Origin: Candidatus Latescibacterota bacterium
GTDB lineage: Bacteria > Latescibacterota > UBA2968
Direction of reading: 5' to 3'
Assembly (NCBI GenBank): GCA_965204375.1
Contig: OZ241986.1
Span: 5,504,001-5,568,000 of the forward strand
Length of the DNA: 64,000 bases
The position numbers and the translations under genes were made by a program. The notes beneath the pieces are model-generated. The model was not told the DNA's origin and did not search any database. It worked only from the letters and a program-made list of their open reading frames with translations. Of this stretch, positions 26,804 through 35,965 are shown in pieces. Position 1 is the first letter of the stretch. Each line of letters begins with the position of its first letter.

Positions 26804-28022
26804 GTGCTGCGTTGAAGTAATCCTCATTTCCAAAATGGGGAAACATTCCGAATCCCGTTTCCCTGTCTCGCTGTTCCCACACCAGGCCGGTTTCGCAATA
26901 GCTCAGCGATCCGTGCGCTGGGGGTGAAAACTCGGGATGTCCCAGTAAGTCGCTTCGGAACCAGACGCTCCGGTGCTGAAAACAAACTCCCTTTTCCAGA
27001 TTTTCTCGCATAAATTCAACGATGTGAGGAAAGGTGCGCTGGAATTCCGTGCCCCGCCCGTATTCGATGTGTGCTTTTAGCTCCTTCCCCGCGGTCTGTA
27101 TCTCTCCCATTGACATCGGTATCCCATTTTCTATAAATAGCGCGTCCGTATTCGGATCTACCACTACCCACTTGTCCAGGTGATCGAACCAGACTTCCGC
27201 TACAAAATGTCCGTTGAAGCTGTTCACCGCTTCTGTCAATACTGCGCATCGGGCTGGAATGCCGATAGCTTGTGCGCAACTCACAAATGCCGCTGCATAG
27301 TGTACACACATTGCCACTGGCCGTTTTCCATTGTGTCCAATCTGTCCCGGAGCCCAGGCCAACAGGGTTTCGGCATCCCACGGCGCGTATTGTTCTGCTC
27401 TTGCCGAACCGGTGTGTTCCCAACTGGATGCCAGATAGGACGATAATGCGCGTACCCGTTTGATTAACGGTCCTTCATCGCGTGCAGCAGGCGGTAGCAT
27501 TTGTCTCAGGGATTCAAATCTGGGTGAGTCCGCATTTTCCCATACCATCGGGGGCGGTGGGGGATCTTCTCCTTCGGCCAATCTGACCCGAATGACGTAT
27601 TCACCCAGAACTGCGTTCAGATATCCCATTCGCTCACTGCGCCAGGTCTGCCCGCTATCATCGCTTACCGCGCTATCTGGCGCGGGATGTCCCGCTTCCA
27701 TTGCAAGTGACCAGCCGGCCATTGCCGTGTGGTCGGTCCACAGTTCAAAGGTGTTCTCGCCTTCTTTCAGTTTTTCCACTGAGAATTCATACCATGAATA
27801 TGCGCCGCGCTGCATCGGTTTTAGTGCGACAACTTTCGCACCATTTACTGACACCCGCAAGGGTGCGTCGTTTTCCGGATAGGGTCGGGCGAGAATATAA
27901 ACTGTTCCCGGCGCGTTCGTCGCGGGCAATGTGAGCGTTTTGCGCGCCCGCCGAAAGATCGTTAATTCTTCGCAAAGAGATGGCATCACCCGCCCTTCTT
28001 CGCTGTAGTATAATCGGCTCAT
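26751..28022 (-). CDS. Transglutaminase-like protein
   Basis: Cys-His-Asp pattern MCVHYA / GHFVAEVW / VVDP; overlaps the convergent PhyH gene by 53 bp. Confidence 0.75.
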   Translation of the reverse strand: MSRLYYSEEGRVMPSLCEELTIFRRARKTLTLPATNAPGTVYILARPYPENDAPLRVSVNGAKVVALKPMQRGAYSWYEFSVEKLKEGENTFELWTDHTAMAGWSLAMEAGHPAPDSAVSDDSGQTWRSERMGYLNAVLGEYVIRVRLAEGEDPPPPPMVWENADSPRFESLRQMLPPAARDEGPLIKRVRALSSYLASSWEHTGSARAEQYAPWDAETLLAWAPGQIGHNGKRPVAMCVHYAAAFVSCAQAIGIPARCAVLTEAVNSFNGHFVAEVWFDHLDKWVVVDPNTDALFIENGIPMSMGEIQTAGKELKAHIEYGRGTEFQRTFPHIVEFMRENLEKGVCFQHRSVWFRSDLLGHPEFSPPAHGSLSYCETGLVWEQRDRETGFGMFPHFGNEDYFNAAPITEQSHWADCQPTGHP

Positions 28023-28104
28023 GTAAATATCTCAAATCGCGTGTCGTTGGGATAGTAAAATAAAGATACCATATTTTTTTTCAAACGCTAAATTACACTC
28101 TGTT

Positions 28105-28123
28105 TGGTCAAGCTGTTTGACCA
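28105..28123. promoter_or_regulatory. Inverted-repeat operator candidate
   Basis: TGGTCAA-gctgt-TTGACCA in the divergent intergenic region. Confidence 0.45.
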
Positions 28124-28159
28124 GTATGCGCGTTACACTTCTATTTGCGGGAGGATTGA

Positions 28160-29260
28160 ATGAGCAATGATCACGAAGACAGAGCATCGCGTATTCGCGT
28201 TACGGGATTGACTGCGATACCGATTGGGGTGAAGGGATATGTCAAGGTCGAGACGAATGCCGGGATTACGGGTTGGGGTGAGATCAACAATATGGAGACA
28301 AGGGTGACTTGCGCGCTTGCAGAGTCGCTTTCCGAGTTGATCATTGGAGAGAATCCCACCCGCACGGAGCACCTCTGGCAGCGGATGTTCCGCGCACATC
28401 GCAATATCCGCAACGGCGGTTTGATGGTTCACACGATTTCCGCGATTGATATGGCGCTGTGGGATATCTGTGGCAAGCTGCACGGGGTTCCGGTGTATCG
28501 CCTGTTGGGCGGTCCGTGTCGGGACAAGATATGGATGTATCCAAGTCCAAAGGCGATCAAGACCGGGCCGGGCGGCGCCCAGTATTTTGCGGGTACGCCT
28601 GCCGAGATTGAGGCAATTGTTCAGAAGATTAAAGATGCGAGAGAGAAGGTGGGGCACGACGGTGCCGTGATGTTCGATGCACATAGCTGCTTGCCACCGC
28701 CTCTGGTCAGGCAGTTTGCGGGCTATTTGAAGTCCGATGATTTGCTGTTTTTGGAAGAGGCGTGGGTGCCGGGGAATATAGAGAATATGAAGAAGGTTCG
28801 CGAGATGGTGCCGGTGCCCCTTGCGACGGGTGAGCGGGATCGCACGATCTGGGAGGTGCGGGAGATTTTGGAGGCGCAGGTGATCGATGTGCTTCAGCCA
28901 GATTGCGGTCACGGTGGGGGGATTACACAGATGAAGAAGGTGGCTGCACTCGCCGAGGCGCATTTTGTTCCCATTGCACCGCATTGTACGATGTCTCATC
29001 TGGGTTTGACGGCGAGCCTGCATGTGGCGTCGTCGGTGCCGATGTTTTTGATTCACGAGGGTTACGCGGGCGTGCTTCCCGAAGATGTGGCGATTAAGAC
29101 CTGGGAAATGGATGACGAAGGTTATGTGTCGTTGCCCGAGGGACCCGGGCTGGGCGTCGAGGTCAACGAAGCGCGCGCTATCGAAGTGGGTCAGAATCCA
29201 GCGCGTCCATTCGAGTGGCCGAATGCGAGGCTTCGGGATGGGGCGGTGTCGGATTATTGA
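28160..29260 (+). CDS. Mandelate racemase/enolase superfamily, galactonate dehydratase-like
   Basis: GWGE, SAIDMALWDI, FDAH, LEE, TGER, QPD, APH, PGLG. Confidence 0.9.
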   Translation: MSNDHEDRASRIRVTGLTAIPIGVKGYVKVETNAGITGWGEINNMETRVTCALAESLSELIIGENPTRTEHLWQRMFRAHRNIRNGGLMVHTISAIDMALWDICGKLHGVPVYRLLGGPCRDKIWMYPSPKAIKTGPGGAQYFAGTPAEIEAIVQKIKDAREKVGHDGAVMFDAHSCLPPPLVRQFAGYLKSDDLLFLEEAWVPGNIENMKKVREMVPVPLATGERDRTIWEVREILEAQVIDVLQPDCGHGGGITQMKKVAALAEAHFVPIAPHCTMSHLGLTASLHVASSVPMFLIHEGYAGVLPEDVAIKTWEMDDEGYVSLPEGPGLGVEVNEARAIEVGQNPARPFEWPNARLRDGAVSDY

Positions 29261-29275
29261 TAGGGGAACAGGCTG

Positions 29276-30283
29276 ATGAGTACGGAAGCGAGGAAGATCT
29301 ACGACGAGGCGATTGTGATAGATGGTCTGAGCATTAGCAACTGGGAGAGCGACGCGGTGTTCAGGCGTTTGCGGGCCGGCAATATCACTGCTATCAATGC
29401 CACGGTGGCTACGTGGGAAAATTTTGTGCAGACGATGGCGCATCTATCGGCGTGGATGCGGCGCTTTCGCGAGCGCGATGACATCTTGCAGGTGAAAGAG
29501 ACAGCCGATATTTATGCTGCCAAAGAGCAGGGGAAGACCGGGATTATTCTCAGTTTTCAGAATGCTTCGCCCATAGAAAACGAGCTGGATCGTCTGGGGC
29601 TGTTTCTCGCCCTCGGCGTGCGCGTGATTCAATTGACCTATCACGAGACCAATTTGCTGGGTAGCGGTTGCTGGGAGCGGACCGATGGCGGTCTGAGCAA
29701 TTTTGGCGTGGATGCGGTGCGCGAAATGAACCGGCTCGGTATTGTTATCGATTTGTCGCATGTCGGTCCGAAAACGACGATGGACGCCATTGAGATGTCC
29801 GAGCAGCCGGTCGCCATCACCCATGCCAATGCGCGCAGTTTTTGCGGTCATCCGCGCAATAAGGAAGAAGATGCGCTCAAGCTGCTCGCGGAGAAGGGGG
29901 GCGTTGTGGGTGCCACGTCCTTTGCGAATTTTCTTCCCAGGGGATTCGATTCGACTGTCGAGGATTTTGTCGATGCTATCGACGATATGGTGGAGCGGGT
30001 CGGTATTGATCACGTGGCTATTGGGACCGATTCCACACACGATCAGCCGCTCGAGTTCTGGCATTATATCGGTTCGCAGCAGGGCACGAAGTTTCCCTCG
30101 ACTTTTGCCGATGGCTCGGTGCCATACACCGAACTGAGCTTTCAGCCGAAGGGGATTGACAGCCCGGCAGAGTTTCCCAATCTGGCAGAGGCTCTCGTCA
30201 ATCGCGGGTACAGCGCCGAGGATATCACTAAGCTGTTGGGCGGAAATTGGATGAATTTGTTCGAGCGGGTGTGGAATGTTTGA
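29276..30283 (+). CDS. Membrane dipeptidase family (M19)
   Basis: MNRLGIVIDLSH, THAN, PRN, HVAIGTD, LGGNW. Confidence 0.9.
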   Translation: MSTEARKIYDEAIVIDGLSISNWESDAVFRRLRAGNITAINATVATWENFVQTMAHLSAWMRRFRERDDILQVKETADIYAAKEQGKTGIILSFQNASPIENELDRLGLFLALGVRVIQLTYHETNLLGSGCWERTDGGLSNFGVDAVREMNRLGIVIDLSHVGPKTTMDAIEMSEQPVAITHANARSFCGHPRNKEEDALKLLAEKGGVVGATSFANFLPRGFDSTVEDFVDAIDDMVERVGIDHVAIGTDSTHDQPLEFWHYIGSQQGTKFPSTFADGSVPYTELSFQPKGIDSPAEFPNLAEALVNRGYSAEDITKLLGGNWMNLFERVWNV

Positions 30284-30299
30284 TGTAGGGGGTCACGAT

Positions 30300-31103
30300 A
30301 TGAAAGTAGGTGTGTACGCTTCAATGTTCGGGAAGGATGATCCTCCACGTCTGGAGAGCGTGGAAAGCTATATCCAACTGGCGTATCAATTGAAGCTGGA
30401 TGTGATAGATTTCCACAGCGGACGGGGATTCCGGTCGAAGCAACCGGCGTACTTGCTCGAGGTGAAGATGCGGTGTCTCCAGTACGGGCTGTCAATCGGG
30501 TACCTGGCTTCGGGTGGGCATTTTGTGGGGTCCGATGCAGAACTGGCAGAGAAACTGGCCCAGGCGAGAGCAGATGTGGATACGGCGGCGTTTATAGGTG
30601 CGCCTATGATCCGGCTGTTTTGTGGGCCGCCGCTGAAGGATGCCGAAGCGCAGAAAAGGGAGATCCGGTGTTTTCAGGATGCAGCCGATTATGCCGCAGA
30701 GAGGGGGATTGTTGTGGGGCTACAGAACCATCCTTCTACGGGGGAAGATGTGCTGCGGATTCTGGAACAGACAGATCGGGACAATTTTACGCTTATTATG
30801 GACACCGGACAGTGGGTCGGGTCGCCCGCGCGGAATCAGGGGGTGCCGGATCCAGAGGTGGATATCTATGCGTTTATGGAACAGACAGCGCCATATACGG
30901 CCCATGTCCGGGCCAAGTTTTATAAGATTGATACGGGCGAGGAGATGTGGCTGGATTATCCGCGGATTATTCAGATCCTGAAGGATGTGGATTTCAATGG
31001 CACGGTTTCGGTGGTCTTTGAAGGCAAGGATTTGAATGCGTGCGACGATACAGAGGTGATCCGGCTGGCGGTTGCCCACCTGCGGGCGGTGATTGCAGGT
31101 TGA
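30300..31103 (+). CDS. Sugar phosphate isomerase/epimerase (xylose isomerase-like TIM barrel)
   Basis: IRLF, QNH, DTGQW, HVRAK, SVVFEG. Confidence 0.8.
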   Translation: MKVGVYASMFGKDDPPRLESVESYIQLAYQLKLDVIDFHSGRGFRSKQPAYLLEVKMRCLQYGLSIGYLASGGHFVGSDAELAEKLAQARADVDTAAFIGAPMIRLFCGPPLKDAEAQKREIRCFQDAADYAAERGIVVGLQNHPSTGEDVLRILEQTDRDNFTLIMDTGQWVGSPARNQGVPDPEVDIYAFMEQTAPYTAHVRAKFYKIDTGEEMWLDYPRIIQILKDVDFNGTVSVVFEGKDLNACDDTEVIRLAVAHLRAVIAG

Positions 31104-31164
31104 ACATCTTTTAATACTTTTCTCCATACTTTTTGACGATGAATAGCCAAGGAGGTCAGGGTTT

Positions 31165-32904
31165 ATGAAAAAGAGACCTGTTACAGCAACCCCATCCGAA
31201 ATTATTGTCGAGCAACTCGCCGCGCTGGGCGTGCAGTATGTGTTTAACAACTCTGGCTCTCGAGAGGCTCTTTTTTTTGACGCGCTCCACATAAATTCCA
31301 ATGTTCACGGTATTTTGGGGCTTCACGAGGGTAGTGTGGCCGCGATGGCGGGGGGATATACGCAGGGGAATCTCGATCCGGCTGTGATGGTTGTCCATCT
31401 GGGCGCCGGTCTGGCGCAGTGTTTGGGGCAGTTGATCAATGTCTGGAGTGGAAGTCTGCCCGTTGTGGTGCTCACGTTTGCGGGGGATACGGGGAGTTAT
31501 GGAGACCGGGTGGGTCTGGATTTGACGCACAATGTGGGGCCGACTTCGATTGCGGAGCCTTTTACCAAGGCGAGCTGGACGGTGATTGAATCGGATGGCT
31601 TGCCACAGGCGATTGAGCGCGCGCTGCGCGTTGCCAAAACACCGCCGGTCGGTCCGGTTCACCTCGCTGTTTACGATCGGTTGCTCGGAAATGATATGGT
31701 GAGTGCAGAGATTATTGAGGGAGAGATTCAGTCCGTGCGGGCGGGTTATCCGGCAGATGATGATGTCGAAGCCGTTATTCGCGCGCTGTCCGATGCCCAG
31801 CGTCCGTTGTTTTATGTGGGGGACGGTATTTGGAAGAGTGGGGCAGAGGCGCGAGTTATGGCGTTGGCAGAGCAGTATGGATGCCCGATTGCGGGTACAT
31901 GGACCGAGATGCGCAGGACTCCGCAAAGCCACAGTCTGCACTGTGGGCGGATCGCAGAGGCTATTGCGGAGGTGTCACCCGATCTGATTGTGTGCATTGG
32001 CGTGCGCCACAATGGTCGCGGGAAACCCCAGGATTTTGATGCGTTGTCGCGGGCGCAACGCCTGATTGGAATTGGGCCAGATGTCGAGAATTTTACGAAT
32101 CTTCCGGGATTGGATCTCGCGATTTTGGCAGATGAGTTCAGGACGCTTGAATGTATTGAGCGCGCTTCGTCTCAGGTGTCTTTTGCCGAGCGTCTCGCCC
32201 GCGCCGAGATGCACGCTGCTACACTCCACGCAAAGCGAAAAGCGGCGGCAAAGCGCGTGGCGCAGGAGGCGGGGCAAGTGAGACCCTATGTGCTGGTGGA
32301 TGCAATTGATCGGGGGCTGGAGAGGTTGGGCGGTGGTTTGATGATGGTCGAGCAATACGCCCTGCCAATAGATAGTCGAGGAGATGCTTATGGCGCAGGG
32401 CGCAATGCCTATGTCCGGGCGGCCGGGGGATCGGAGGGTTATGGGATTGGCGGGACGATTGGTTTGAAGCTGGCAGTGCCGCACAAGCCCGTGGTTGGGC
32501 TGGTGGGCGATGGGTCGATGTATTATGCCGATTCCGGGCTTTGGACGGCTGCTCACCACCAGATTCCGGTGCTTTTTGTGATTCCAAATAATCGGTCTTA
32601 TGGGATTGTGGCGACTAATTTTGAGCGGGCGGGCGGTGTGATGAAGGAAACGGGAGAATACCCGGGCGTGGTTCTGGACGGGATTGATCCGGTGAAAATT
32701 GCAGAAGGGTTTGGTGTGGAGGGGATGCAGGTCGATGAAGAGTCGGATCTGGATGGTGCTATTGCGCGGGGATTGGATGTGGTGGAGGGCGAGGAACGCC
32801 CCTTTTTGCTGGATGTAAAATTGCCTCTTGGGCTGCCCGAGGGCGGACGAGCGGCAACGCCTTTCCATCTGACGGAGATTCGGAGCAAGGCGAGTGCGGC
32901 GTAA
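31165..32904 (+). CDS. Thiamine pyrophosphate-dependent enzyme (benzoylformate decarboxylase-like)
   Basis: LHEG, GPV, ThDP motif GDGS...NNRSYG. Confidence 0.88.
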   Translation: MKKRPVTATPSEIIVEQLAALGVQYVFNNSGSREALFFDALHINSNVHGILGLHEGSVAAMAGGYTQGNLDPAVMVVHLGAGLAQCLGQLINVWSGSLPVVVLTFAGDTGSYGDRVGLDLTHNVGPTSIAEPFTKASWTVIESDGLPQAIERALRVAKTPPVGPVHLAVYDRLLGNDMVSAEIIEGEIQSVRAGYPADDDVEAVIRALSDAQRPLFYVGDGIWKSGAEARVMALAEQYGCPIAGTWTEMRRTPQSHSLHCGRIAEAIAEVSPDLIVCIGVRHNGRGKPQDFDALSRAQRLIGIGPDVENFTNLPGLDLAILADEFRTLECIERASSQVSFAERLARAEMHAATLHAKRKAAAKRVAQEAGQVRPYVLVDAIDRGLERLGGGLMMVEQYALPIDSRGDAYGAGRNAYVRAAGGSEGYGIGGTIGLKLAVPHKPVVGLVGDGSMYYADSGLWTAAHHQIPVLFVIPNNRSYGIVATNFERAGGVMKETGEYPGVVLDGIDPVKIAEGFGVEGMQVDEESDLDGAIARGLDVVEGEERPFLLDVKLPLGLPEGGRAATPFHLTEIRSKASAA

Positions 32905-33071
32905 TGGGTAATGGGGTAAATTTGAAAGTTTAAGTTGCATATTGTCACATCTTCGGTTATTTATGGTGAGGTGGTGCCGCTGGGCAGCCTGAGCGAGGTG
33001 CTCAAGCGGTTTGAGCGCGGGACACTTTAGATTACGCGATTCACTAATCACTTTTTTCAGGAGATAGTTTT

Positions 33072-34184
33072 ATGGCACTTAAAGTTGGCGTTGTTGGTAT
33101 GGGTGGTGTTGGCAACCGGCATGCAGGCTGTCATGTAGAAGACGACCTTGCAGATCTCGTTGCGGTGTGCGATGTTGTCAAAGAGTCCGCGGATAGGGCT
33201 GCGGAAAGACATGGTGTTAAAGCTTATTATAATCTCAAAGATATGTTGGAGAATGAGGACCTGGATATTGTCGATGTTACGACCGGGGGAAATGAGAATG
33301 GCAGTTGGCACTATGAACCGACGATGGAGGCTCTCGCCGCTGGCAGACACGTTTTGTGTGAAAAACCCCTGTCCAACGATATTGACGAAGCCCGCGATAT
33401 GGTCGCTTATGCCGCAGAACAAAATCTGTACCTCGGCTGCAATCTCAACCATTATTTCTCTCAGCCTGCGGACAAAGCGCGGGAATATATCGCAGAAGGC
33501 AAAGTGGGCGAACAAATTTATTGTATTCACAAGATGGGTTTTGCAGGGGGCGAAGCGACTTATAGACCAGGCAAAGGGCCTAAGTCGTGGGGGCATCCCT
33601 ATTTTCACGTTAAGGCTTTTCTCACGCATCCTTTCAGCGTGATGCGTGATTTTTGCGGTAATATCACCCATGTGCAGGCATTTTTTGACCGTCCCAGTTT
33701 TCGCAAGCAAGCAGGCGATCTCATGATTTCCCTCAACAGTATTCACGTGCGCTTTGAGAGCGGCGCAATGGGGTATTTGCTGAGCCAGCGCGGCGATGTC
33801 ACTTTTGGTCTGGGCGGCTGGTGGAGCGTTGAGGTGGCGGGTACGCTCGGGACTTTTTGTATTGAAAATTGCGTTGAAAAAATCACTTTCTGGCCCGCGC
33901 CCGGCACAGCACCTATGCCGGAGAATATGTCGCACGGTGCCGCGCCCGGTCCCATTGTAGATGATACGGGGATTACTGACTTTGGCTCCACCTTTCCCAA
34001 TCGCATCCACGCTTTTCTCGAGGATGTCACCAATGGTGTGCCCCGGGAAGAACTCCGCGCTTCGGGTCACGATGCGCTCGCGGCTCTCGAATACACGTGG
34101 GCGGCGATTGAGTCCTATGAAAATGGCGGTGTGCTCGTCACGCCCAATCCCCTGCCTTTGCTCAAACGAGATCCGATGATTTAA
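33072..34184 (+). CDS. Gfo/Idh/MocA oxidoreductase
   Basis: GVVGMGGVG, HVLCEKP. Confidence 0.9.
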   Translation: MALKVGVVGMGGVGNRHAGCHVEDDLADLVAVCDVVKESADRAAERHGVKAYYNLKDMLENEDLDIVDVTTGGNENGSWHYEPTMEALAAGRHVLCEKPLSNDIDEARDMVAYAAEQNLYLGCNLNHYFSQPADKAREYIAEGKVGEQIYCIHKMGFAGGEATYRPGKGPKSWGHPYFHVKAFLTHPFSVMRDFCGNITHVQAFFDRPSFRKQAGDLMISLNSIHVRFESGAMGYLLSQRGDVTFGLGGWWSVEVAGTLGTFCIENCVEKITFWPAPGTAPMPENMSHGAAPGPIVDDTGITDFGSTFPNRIHAFLEDVTNGVPREELRASGHDALAALEYTWAAIESYENGGVLVTPNPLPLLKRDPMI

Positions 34185-34189
34185 AAAGC

Positions 34190-34223
34190 AAAAACGGGAC
34201 CAGATTCAGGTGTCCCGTTTTTT
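34190..34223 (+). terminator. Intrinsic terminator
   Basis: aaaacgggac...gtcccgtttttt. Confidence 0.75.
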
Positions 34224-34237
34224 GTTGTATTTTACTC

Positions 34238-34255
34238 TTGCAAATTCCATGCCAG
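34238..34255 (-). promoter_or_regulatory. Sigma54 (-24/-12)-like site on the minus strand
   Basis: Minus strand reads CTGGCATGGAATTTGCAA versus consensus YTGGCACGNNNNTTGCW. Confidence 0.45.
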
Positions 34256-34354
34256 TCCCTTTTGTAGATTAAGAAATAGTTGTAAAATCGGTATAAGGGA
34301 TGTATGTTATCGCTGTCAAAGAATATCCAATCTCATTTAACAAAGGAAGGAGCT

Positions 34355-34699
34355 ATGAATCTAAGGGAAGAAATCAAGGACGACATCGCGATTATTACCC
34401 TTACAGGTGAACTGATGGACGGTCCTGATGTTATGCCGTTTCACGATCACATCAAGCAACTCGTTGCAAGTGGCACCAATCGCGTGATTGTCGATTTTTC
34501 TGCCGTCAGGTGGTTCGGCAGTGCGATGCTCGGGGTTCTCACGGCTTCTCTGGCGACTGTCAAAGCAGCGGGTGGCGATTTGCGCCTGGTGGGTATTACC
34601 AGAAGAATCGAGAGCATTCTCATGGTTACGTCTCTGGCTTCGGCCTTCCAAACGTTCAGAACGTTGAACCGCGCTATGGTCAGTTTCAAGCATGAGTAA
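34355..34699 (+). CDS. STAS-domain anti-sigma factor antagonist
   Basis: LTGEL, VIVDFSAV.WFGSAMLG; upstream TTGTAA-17-TATGTT. Confidence 0.85.
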   Translation: MNLREEIKDDIAIITLTGELMDGPDVMPFHDHIKQLVASGTNRVIVDFSAVRWFGSAMLGVLTASLATVKAAGGDLRLVGITRRIESILMVTSLASAFQTFRTLNRAMVSFKHE

Positions 34700-34738
34700 A
34701 CGATCATCCGCAGAGCGGATGGCTTTTGACAATTGACG

Positions 34739-35959
34739 ATGTCACATTCTGAACTCACCCGCAGTATTCGATTGTATCCGATTTATGCCCCCATCGCGCA
34801 GGCGGATTTCTGGTTGCCCGTCTTTTTTCTCTATTTTAACCAGCACATGCCCATTGAGCAGGTGCTGCGTCTTGAAGCTATTTATTATGCCGCCGTTGTT
34901 ATTCTCGAAGTGCCCTCCGGGTATTTGTCCGATACCCTGGGTCGTCGTCTGACCCTTCTGATCTCTGCTGTTTCAGCGATCTTTGCGTATGCTCTGTTTT
35001 TTTCAGGTGGGTCTTTTGGCGTTTTTGCGCTGGCGCAAATTGGGTTGGCTGCAAGTATGGCCTTTCGATCTGGCACGGATACGTCGTTTCACTACGATTT
35101 GCTCAAATGTTTGGGGCGAGAAGATGCTTATCCTCAACGCGAAGCGCGCATTACGCGGAATGTTTTTATTGCTTCGGCAGGTGCTGCGCTTCTTGGAGGG
35201 GTGGTGTCTATCTATGCTTTGCGCGTCGCTTATGGTTTGTCTTTGTTGGCGGCGTGCGTGGCTTTTGTGCTGGCCTTGTTATTTGCCGAACCCGACCGGG
35301 AGTCCAGTTCTACGCGACAGGCTTCGGGATTTTTTTTGCAGATTCGCGCCTGTCTCGCGTATCTCAGCCAACCCGTACTCGGGTGGTTGATGTTGTTTTC
35401 CGTTTTTATGACGGTTGTCAATCATATCCCCTATGAATTTTATCAGCCCTATATCCAGTTGCTTGGCGCCCAGGCTTCCACCCCGTTGCTTACGGGTTTG
35501 CACACGGCGCTGACGATGGGCATTGCCGCGTGGTTTGCAAAACAGAGTATTCGCCTGCGCGATCATTTCGGTACCCGGTCAGCACTTATGCTCAGTGCAG
35601 GGGTGCAGGTTGTTCTCATTTCATTGATGGGGTTCTTTTTTCACCCTGTTGTTGCGCTTCTGTTGGCTTTTCGCTCTGTCCCGCGCGCGCTTATGATTGC
35701 GCCTCTCAATGCGGCGACTGTTCCGCGCTTGCAACAACACCATCGCGCGACGTATCTTTCGATTCAGAGTCTGATTGGGCGTTTGTCATTTTCGCTTTGT
35801 CTTGCTCTTCTCGCCGGTGTTTCGTCGTCGGAAGGTTCAGATGTTGCGCTGTCGCATACGCTTTTGCACTGCGCGGTCTTTGCCATTGCGGGGTGCGTTG
35901 TCCTCGCTGTTATCGCTGTTGTGATTCCCAGGTCGCAGTGGCGGTTGACCCCTGAATAG
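34739..35959 (+). CDS. MFS transporter
   Basis: EVPSGYLSDTLGRR motif A, SGTD, RATYLS; multiple hydrophobic segments. Confidence 0.88.
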   Translation: MSHSELTRSIRLYPIYAPIAQADFWLPVFFLYFNQHMPIEQVLRLEAIYYAAVVILEVPSGYLSDTLGRRLTLLISAVSAIFAYALFFSGGSFGVFALAQIGLAASMAFRSGTDTSFHYDLLKCLGREDAYPQREARITRNVFIASAGAALLGGVVSIYALRVAYGLSLLAACVAFVLALLFAEPDRESSSTRQASGFFLQIRACLAYLSQPVLGWLMLFSVFMTVVNHIPYEFYQPYIQLLGAQASTPLLTGLHTALTMGIAAWFAKQSIRLRDHFGTRSALMLSAGVQVVLISLMGFFFHPVVALLLAFRSVPRALMIAPLNAATVPRLQQHHRATYLSIQSLIGRLSFSLCLALLAGVSSSEGSDVALSHTLLHCAVFAIAGCVVLAVIAVVIPRSQWRLTPE

Positions 35960-35965
35960 GATTTG

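Noticed and set aside
32960-33030. tRNA-like GC-rich stretch starting GGTGAGGTGG
   Set aside because: No T-loop GTTCRA or acceptor stem; reads better as a short coding remnant (YGEVVPLGSLSEVLKRFERGTL*).
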